Of a DNA stretch of 64,000 bases, positions 45,743 through 64,000 are shown piece by piece. Source of the stretch: Chrysomallon squamiferum (taxonomy: Eukaryota; Animalia; Mollusca); the NCBI GenBank assembly GCA_012295275.1, contig CM022671.1, positions 25,854,001 to 25,918,000 on the forward strand, given 5' to 3'. Positions within the stretch are counted from its first letter, which is position 1; every line of letters starts with the position of its first letter. Position numbers and translations under genes: made by a program. Under the pieces are notes generated by a model. The model did no database searches. It was not told where the DNA came from and worked only from the letters and a program-made list of their open reading frames with translations.

Positions 45743-48700
45743 ATGGCTGGCTCTTCTGTTTTATGCCGGTGTATATTGTATGATGCAAATGTTTTACACA
45801 AAATCAGAATCAGCTGTATTTTCAGGTAATAGTTTATTATTTTTTGTTTTGATAAAATTTTATTTAACAATAAAATCACCGATTAAGTATTCTTAAATTT
45901 CAGTTGAAACCTCCAAAATTATTAACAATTTTTTTTTTTTAAACTAAAAGTTTTAATTGTAAGTAGGTATGTCACTATGTGGCAAAACCCGTAAGTGCGC
46001 CGCTGCGGAAGGTCGCCTGATTGTTGAGACACGTTTTTCCTTTTGAAGAGGAGTCGCTCACTGGAGTTTCTGTTTCGGTCATTATTTTAAAATAATTATT
46101 ACCAAAACATAAAAAAACAAATAATGAATATCAGAACGTAGTAAATATATTCAGTTTCATCAAACTTCACAGTATTCGTTTTTTGACATGTCATCTTTGA
46201 TAAACAATGGAGAATCAACAGACAAATTTACCGTTTCAAATAGAGAGTCGTATGTCCAAGGTAAGTTTACTTGAGTCTTTAAATCATGTACAAAATTCAA
46301 ATTATGCATTTCACTCGTACACTGACTCATACGAGTCATAGTCAGCCAAATTTCATACAAATATTTAGTGTAGCAGAGGCTCGCTCAGACAGTTAGTTTT
46401 GGATATCAAAATGAGGAATGTTCTTAGAAAACAACTTCGCCACAGCCAATGTTTTACAAGTTTGATTTTTAGCACATTTTATGTGTCATAGTGCAAATAA
46501 TATGTGGTTTGAAGCTTCTAAACCTATCAACACTAATCAAGAACTCTATTTTCAGATATAATTAATACACTCAGGTTTGAATTTTGTGAAATCTTAGATC
46601 TGTGCAATGAAAGCATAAGTCAGATTAGCACTAATTAAGGTTATTAATCAACTGGTGAAAAACGAATATTAGCAAGATACTTCAATATGTAGAGGCCCCT
46701 ACAATTCATCAGTCATGAAAAATAAACTTTATGTATATTGGTTTAATATCTGTGGAGTTTTTAAGAATTGCATAATTAAGGCATACAGTAAATTTGAACT
46801 AATTAGTGCAATTAATCAATTCAAATTCACAAATATTAGCAACTTGCATAAAAATACTGTACAACTTTAGAATTCATCAAAAACTTCATTTTAATATGTA
46901 TATTGGATTAAAACTATATAAAAGATATTCAGTGATTATGTTGCAAAATGACAGAAACAATTCAGTTATGAAGGAAAATTATGTGCAATTGTTTTTCTGA
47001 TAAAAAATTATAATTTTTTTCATATCGGTGCTACCAAAGAGATCTTGGTGTTATTTTAATATGCATTTTTTCACTCTCTCTAATGATGTATAATGTTTTG
47101 AGGAAAATAATAATTTTGAACATTTTACTATATACCTATTGTATGTAATTACATATAATGTGACTGTACTGTATGTACATTATATGGTAATAGTAATAAA
47201 GTGTCTTGCTTGTTGTGATTCAGTCACTCTCATATATTGCAAAACGGCAAGAACTCCACGTTCTTCTGTGAACACTGCCCACTAACTTGACTAAGTGGCT
47301 GGAGCTCAGTGTGGTAATAGTTCATTAGTAGCTAACACTGCAATTTTGAATATTATTTATCTATGACATAGGTGTTGTTCATCCCACACGAACGAGAGTC
47401 ATGTTCCACCTCCAAACGTCATAAAGAGATATCTGCTCGATCGGGTTACTAAGTTTGTTGATAGAAGAACATCAGTGTTAGAAAAACAGTACCCAAAAGC
47501 ATTTCACATTTACAGAACATTTAAAACAGGTAGGTACTGTATGATAAATCTTTGTATTTTACAGTAAATTTTATTAGATTAATATTTTTCCATTTTCTCT
47601 GAAATCTATGAAAACAGTTTTCAAAATAATAATAATTTAAAAAAAAAAGACAGTTTAAAACATTATTATACTTAACAGGGATGAAAATTTACTGTTTTTT
47701 TAATATTTTTTTAAATATTTTTTTAAAACTTTTTTGGAAAAAATTAGAAATGACGGTAAATTAAAAATGTTTTTTTTAATTTAATAATAATTATAATTAA
47801 TGTGAATAAACAACTAATTTAATTTAAAATAGATAATAAACATTTCAGTTTTCATAAATAAATTTTTACTCTATTTTAAATATTAACAATAAATTAATAA
47901 GTTTTTGCTTATGTGTGTGTATTTGTACAGGATTTTCAGGATTTGTAAATGATGCAAAAGACTACTACCGTGTGTCTTCAGAATTATGGAATGGAAAAGC
48001 ATTCAGTCATTTTTCAAGAAATGAACTGGAAATTTATCAGCAGGTATAGTAACAACTGACTAAAATTATACATAAATGTATAATTAATCTTTATCTTGTT
48101 ATGGTGGAAGAATGACTATTTTAGGTATTTATTATAAATAATAAATGACTGCTGTTACTAAGTGTACATCATTCTTTTTAACACTGTGCACACAATCATT
48201 TCATCATCATAAATCCTAATTTCTCACATTTAACATTTTGTTCTGTAAATTACATACATTAGCAACCTTTTTAAATGTTTTATGTTTAAAAGAAATATTA
48301 AAGAAGATGTATAGCTTTAGAAACGTGTTACTTTAAGCTACATTATTCTCACTTTTTCAGTTTCCAAGAGATATCAAGCGTTTTTTCCCAATATTGCTGA
48401 TCACATTAATACCTGGAGGTTCATTTATATTTCCACTGGCGTGAGTTTAACTTAAATATTCTGAACCTTAGAAAATTAAAAAAAACAAAAGAACTAAAGG
48501 CTTAAAAGTGTAATTTGATTATATCTCGTATTTGAAAATTGCATTTTTATTATCTTTATTTATTGACCTAATCATTTTTTTTAGAATCCAGCAATATACC
48601 TTCTCACCCAAGAAATAAAAATATATAACTAATCAAAATATATGGTGACATTAGAAAAATCAATCATCCAATTATTTATTGCACAAACTCAGAACTTGTC

Positions 48701-50866
48701 TAGACAGTACTGGATTAGTGGATTAGTAGATTAGAAAATTAATCTTAGTGACACTTTCGCTTAGCCCTTACTAGTTTGTAAGAGATTTCTGAATGTTTGT
48801 GAAAATATTTGCTTCATTTCATGTTTACATACAGATGTGTGCATCTACTCGACTAATTCATCCATTTTTAACTCATTGAATTGGTTAAGCTCAAACACAG
48901 CAACTTTCCTCTGTAGATACTACTATCCAAAACTGCTGTTAACACACCATTTCTGGACAGAAAAGCAGAGACTGGAATTCCAACAGGAAAGTTTGAAATA
49001 CCGCCTCCGCCATTATCCTTCAATCTTACAGTGTCTCCGATCTCACACCAGACACGTTGAAGACTCCACTCTGAAGGAGAGGATTCTTCACTTGTTAAAT
49101 AAGGTAGGTCTGTGTAAATTAGCACCGAATTTTTACATTTGTCTCTGTAAAAATATTTTAGTTCCATGTGTATATTCATGATAATCACACATGTGGTGGT
49201 GTATTTTCAGACATCTTCATTTTTTTTGAAAAACAAGCTATATCTGAGAGTTAGAGAACAGAAATATGGATAAAAAACTAATACAAATATTTGACAAATA
49301 TAATTTGAAGGTGGACTTTTGAAGTACTTTGTTAACAAATTATTTTTAAGGTTGATTGCCTTAGAAGAGGAAGAAGTTTTCTGAATTAAACAGGATTTAT
49401 TACTTGTTAAATAGCTGTTTTTGTTTTTTATAAACTTTTATGAATGTAAATTTTTTTTTTTTTTTTTTTTTAACAGATAGAACATGGAGTTCAGCCAACA
49501 GTTAAAGAAATCTTGGATATCAAACCCTTGTTCCATTCATTTGCATATCACATGGACAAAATACCAGTCACATATGTGGTAAGTTACTGTGAAATGTCTA
49601 TAATGATTCAAAAACCCAGAATTCGCCCAAAACCAAATAATTTCTGCAGTCCTCTGATTTATCAGCAACCTAGATATAAAATCTCAAAATATAATAACAT
49701 AATTCATTTGTTAAGACTTTACAACCATTTTTTTTTAGTAAGACAAGAAAAACAAGTGTGTCTTAAATGTTATATCACTAAAATTTGATGTAGTACACAA
49801 TGATTTTCTGTATTCAAAACACTGAATTCTGTTTGTTTGTTTGTTATGGTATGCGTGCACCTTTGTCCTGCATTGACAACAATTAAATACTTTTTGTTTA
49901 GAGACATCTAGGAAAGGCACAGGACATGTCTCAGCGACGGAAATACTTGACAGAAGATGCCTTGTTGTTGTTGAACACAGATCATGCAATACTCAAAGAA
50001 GGCCTGAACAAACTGGATGATGTATCACTGGAAAAGGTGGGAATTAATTCTGATCACTGAAAGTGAGTGTCATTTGTTAGCTAGTAATGTGGGCTCATAT
50101 AAAAGATATTACCATGTTTTTTATTTCAATTTTATATGGATATGTATAAATACACATGCATGCTGTATAGTTCTTTCTTTTCCTTTTCAAAAGAAAAACA
50201 GCTGTTTGTCTATTACCCAGTCATTTTTTTTAATCTAAACCTTTTTAAAAATTAATACCTTCACTAAATGTATATAAATTTACACTGTTAAGATGTATTC
50301 TCTTTTAAGGTTTGTTTTTCGAGGGGACTGAATCCAGTTGGTATGCGAAGAGAAGAAAGAATAGACTTTTTACAACAGTGGATTCAAATCAGCCAGCACA
50401 TTGATGGTAAGCTTAAAGTCTGGATAACAGATATTTGTTACTGATACATGCATGAAAAAGAAACACTCTATGTTTTTTTTTTTCTGTGTCTTTATCTGTA
50501 GCAAAAACATTTTAAATTATTTATAAATTATTTGCAAATTAATGAAATTGCTGTGGGAAAATACAGAGATTTTGTTAACACAAGATTCTTGTATCCATTT
50601 CAAGAATTATGGATGAATAAAAATTTATTTCAAAATATTTTTTTTTATGCTTTTTAGTTTAACATGCATATACAATATTCAAAATATCAATGTTAAGAAA
50701 AGATTTATTTAATAGAAAATGCAGTTTACATTTGTTATTTTTTATTCTGTTTACAGATGAAAGTATTTCATTGCTGTTGCACTGTGGTGTGTTTCTGACA
50801 TACACTCAACCAACAAACAAAGATTTAATGGGACATCATCGCAAATGGCAGTATAGTAGTAGTTAA
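45743..50866 (+). CDS. LETMD1: LETM1 domain-containing protein 1 (mitochondrial), ~354 aa
   Basis: Exons 45743-45825, 47372-47529, 47931-48043, 48361-48440, 48917-49103, 49477-49578, 49902-50036, 50310-50406, 50757-50866 are in phase (1065 nt). Motifs YPKAFHIYRTFKTG, YYPKLLLTHHFWTEKQ, CFSRGLN, QQWIQIS, SLLLH match LETMD1. The first exon is less certain (another in-frame ATG at 45677). Confidence 0.88.
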
Positions 50867-53800
50867 CATTTTGAAAAATTGGTTTTAAATGACTCTGATA
50901 ACATAAAATGGTGCATCCAAACAATAATACGCAACTGTAGCACAGTTCAATAGTTCAAAATCTTTTGAACACACTAGAGGCAAAGCAGCATCATTTATGT
51001 GTACAGTCTACTTCCATTAACCTCAAAAGACATTATCATCTCTCTTGTAAAGTTTGCTAAAATAATTATGCTAGCAACAAAAAACATGGCTGCTCATTTT
51101 TGTTCTGTTTTGTTTCTTTGTTTTAAATATAAAAAAATTTTGTTTTAAAATGTTTCAAGACTTATTTATTAATGTAATACTGTCATTAATACATTAAATG
51201 TTTTTTTGTTTTTGTTTTTGTTATTTGTTTTTTAATCCATGATCATTTTGTAAATTAAAAGCAGTTTTGATCTCAGACCATTCAGCATTTCCAAATGTTT
51301 GTATTAATTATCAAAAATAAAAACAATTTGTAAAAAAATGTTTGTTAAGATTTTTATTTTTAAATGCCCATTTATCAGCACAGAATAAATCAAAGTCATG
51401 ATTGAAAAGAAATTTGAATATTTTTGTTCCACTAAGAAAACAGTTTTAGAATTAACAAAGCAGATAACATACCAGTGAAATTATTTTTAACACAGTTCTG
51501 CTTCTGTACATATAAAAATTAACAAACAATTGTGCATTTCACAACACAACAAACAACACGCTTGTAGCAGTCTGCTAGTTACAGAATCAAATGTCACGCT
51601 AGTTACTTAGGAAAATATATATATATTTTTCTAAATTACAAAAAAAGAAAAAGAAAAACTCACAACTTGAAATGTATACCAGCAAAGTTTGCTTTTGTCA
51701 TTTAGACAAAATAAATGATTCCCAAGTATTTTTGAATTGCCACCTATTTTGACTCCTTTTTATTATTTTCAGCAACCCCTATACCTTTATCACCATTCCT
51801 TAAAACTCTAAAACACATTTGATTTACCATGTACACTTAAAAAATTGCTGCATAATTATATTTAGTAACTCCTACTGCCTGCAAGCAGCTGATAATGCCC
51901 ACCTTTTGGGAACTATATTCAAAGTCAAGAAATGAAAGTTATTTGATTCAAAAATGCCTTTGTGACATTTCATAGTCATGGTGAAATGTTGAGCTACTGA
52001 GTCTTTAGTAACTTAGTACACCAAAACCTAACAATTTTTTATTTTATTTAATTTTAAATATTCAAATGTATATATCATTTTCCCTCTTGCTGAAATGTTA
52101 ATGAGAGGTAATTACATTTAATCATCTCCTTAAATATTTCAGTTTTTCTTTTATGTAACAGTGATAAATAGTATTAATTTTATGTATTTTTATATTATTT
52201 GTTAATACTTTCCTATTCAGTCAAAATAATAAAACATTTTAGAAAATTTATTTTATAAGTTAAAAAATTAACCACTGAACTAGAAAATTTGTACTAGAAA
52301 TATTTTCAGAGTAACTGTAAAAAAAAACAAAAACAAGTCTATTTAGTAGCTATTATTATTTGTATGTTTTGAAAAATGTTTTATTTATTTGGGGATTTTT
52401 ACATAGAGCAAAAAAAAAATTTTTGTGAAATTTTGCAAGAAACACAAAGTCAGCATAAACAATAAAACTTTAAATTACTAATGAAAACTCACATAATTTG
52501 AACGATATATATATATATATATATAAATATAATTTATTTAAATTTATATTATCATATTCTTCGTCATTACTGAAGCAGGATAAAGCTTATATTTTAAGAC
52601 AGTACCCAGTTATTTATCTTTCAATTCTAAATAATACAAAAATTAAATGAAATTAAGTAATTTGTTTCTCAACTCACCATTCATGTCTACTGATTTCACA
52701 TACAATCTTTACATCAAAACAAAATAATTCTTATATAACAATCTGTTATTTTTTAAATGAAAACAATTTTTAAAAAAGTATTAAGATCCATACCAGTAAT
52801 TAAACATTAACAAAGGAACTTTGAAAATTATATATATATATACTAAAATAAGTAATTGAAATCAAAGGAAAAGATTCATTTATCTATGAGCTTAGAAATT
52901 GGATCTCACAAATATTTTATCCAACACAAAGAAATTTTCATTTCAGATGAATATATATATCACTACCAGTAAGTTAACTTAAAAAGAATAAATCAAAGAA
53001 AAACAAAAAATAAAGACAATTCTATACTGACTACAGTAATACAAGTATTTAAAAAAGAATTAATGCATGTTTAATGTCACCTCAGCTAGGTATGTCATAG
53101 AGATAAAAGAGAACAATGTTAATAAATTTATTTACAATTTAAATCAAATCACTAACAAAATTAAAAAAATAAAAATGAAAAATAAATGAAATAAATAATA
53201 ATAATAATAATAATGGAACAAGTTTTCTGTAATATCTACAATATAAATAATTTCCCTTTATTCTAAGTGTCAAAAGACCAAAAAGCATAAAGTAATATAA
53301 ATGCAAGTGAGTACTTATTCCTCAAGTTTTGAACTGTTAAACAGTGGTGACCGTTACTCAGAAATAGTATTTTTTGACGAGAAATAAAAATGTTCGCAAA
53401 AATACTCAAAGGATTATGTTTCCTTATTTTGAAAATACTAAGTATAAATTTACATTAATTCATCAATGTAATATATTTCTTCTGTTTTATTTTATTTTTT
53501 AGAATACTTCTTTAAAAACATTATCCACAAAATTCACTTTAAAACAAGAAACATTTGAACAACAACTTTCTTAACTCTGCCCTCTTTTATCGATAACAAG
53601 TAAAAAAAGTGAATTTCGTATTGCAATTGTAAGATAGGTATTTAGAATAATGGATAATGAAAACTACATTAAAATATTTCAATCAAAGCTAAGTAACATC
53701 TATTAGGATTCTGAAGTTTCTTTTATGAACAGAAATTACAAATGTAATACTGTTAATTATGACATATTCTTTTATATTTGCAATATAATACATAATGACT

Positions 53801-54579
53801 AATAAATACAATAAAAATAAAAATAAATTAAATGAATAAAGTAAAATGTTGAGCATAAATGAGATCAAAATTATACTAATTCTACAACCACAAAAAATTG
53901 TTGGACACAATTTAAAATGTAGCAAGAGGGTAACATTTACAGTGATAATCACCAACTTGCAGATTACTGACCTTAATCCATACTGTGAAAAAAACCACCT
54001 GATTACAATCTATCTTTCTGAAATATGATCTGGTCCAGTAGAAACTCTTCTGTCAAAGGAGGTCAATAAAAAAAAATTGGGGGCAGTATTTAAGGAACAA
54101 GTTTCATACTATAATCTCAAGTTGCACTGGCAAGGAATGTTTACATAACAAAAATAAACTACTTAAAAAAGAAAATGAAAAAAGTTTCTAAAACTACAAG
54201 TAACTTTTTTTTTTTTTTACTTGTCACATTTGATCATTTTATATACACATACTGTATATGTATTCTATCTCATCCAAGCATTTTCAAAAACCAAAAAAAG
54301 TGGAACAAAAAATGCACACACAGTGATGCCTTCTCGACTCCAAATTCTCCAAAACCACAAACAGCAATGAAAAATGATGAGGGGATTTACTAATTAGAAA
54401 TAAAAACTAAAACATAAATCACATATACAGCTAGTTTGTACTTTAACCTTTTTTTATCGGTTTTGTTGTTGTTGTTGTTGTTGTTGTTGTGTTTAATTAA
54501 TTGTTCCCTTCTACAGAATTCCATTTCACTAATTCCAAAAGAGTGCTAATAATTTAATTTTTTTTTTTTTTTTTTTAAA

Positions 54580-63580
<9,001 letters not shown>

Positions 63581-63931
63581 CTAAAAGAAAAAACAAATAA
63601 AAAAATCATTAGATAATAACAGTCCATATAATCAGATATCTGAAATAAAATATTTTTAAAAATTATATAATTGTAGAAATGTTACATTTTATTTTAATAT
63701 TCATTGTAATAATTATGGATAAAGAAGAACAAATATTCATTGTATTCGTAAAACATCTCTTTAACAAAAACAAAAATGAAGTAATTTATAAAGCCTGCTG
63801 TTAACAAAAATGATGAAATATATGAAGCCTACTGGCTAATAAGTAAAATTCTGAAAGAAAGACAATCAATACAAAAACTCAAATACATATACTTGTTTAA
63901 ATCTTTTTTCATAACAGAAAAAAACATTTAC

Positions 63932-63943
63932 TTTGCTGATTTT
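63932..63943 (-). CDS. Candidate 12-nt microexon of USP19 (KISK)
   Basis: Minus strand reads tttgtttcAG|AAA ATC AGC AAA|GTaaat; phase 0-0 matches the next exon (63580). Confidence 0.45.
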
Positions 63944-64000
63944 CTGAAACAAATATTATACACAGATTCAGCTGGTGGTGGCAGCAGTGATGGACCTACC

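Noticed and set aside
46411-46491. MRNVLRKQLRHSQCFT as the LETMD1 mitochondrial presequence exon
   Set aside because: No phase-2 donor to join exon 47372; exon 45743-45825 fits phase and splice consensus.
53689-53955. Hydrophobic minus-strand ORF as a USP19 transmembrane tail exon
   Set aside because: The hydrophobicity follows from T-rich UTR composition; no convincing acceptor or compatible donor identified.

Overview
AT-rich eukaryotic (animal, probably invertebrate/lophotrochozoan-like) genomic DNA with GT-AG spliced genes. It is not prokaryotic, and most short ORFs in the track are low-complexity noise. I assembled six genes by hand from splice sites and reading phase: (1) the 3' end of a TTLL3/TTLL8-type tubulin glycylase (+); (2) a complete 9-exon NAMPT (-, ~478 aa); (3) a CD225/dispanin membrane protein (-, ~149 aa); (4) a small three-AT-hook HMGA-like gene built from tiny exons that the ORF track misses (-, ~82 aa); (5) a complete LETMD1 (+, ~354 aa); (6) the catalytic/MYND/C-terminal part of USP19 (-, running off the right edge). 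The most notable signals are: three phase-compatible alternative C-termini plus a cassette exon on the glycylase; an HMGA without an acidic tail; a USP19 ending in an Hsp90-like MDAVD motif, with a candidate 12-nt microexon; and an intronic ~31-bp minisatellite with higher-order structure. Family assignments rest on recalled motifs; no database search was run.
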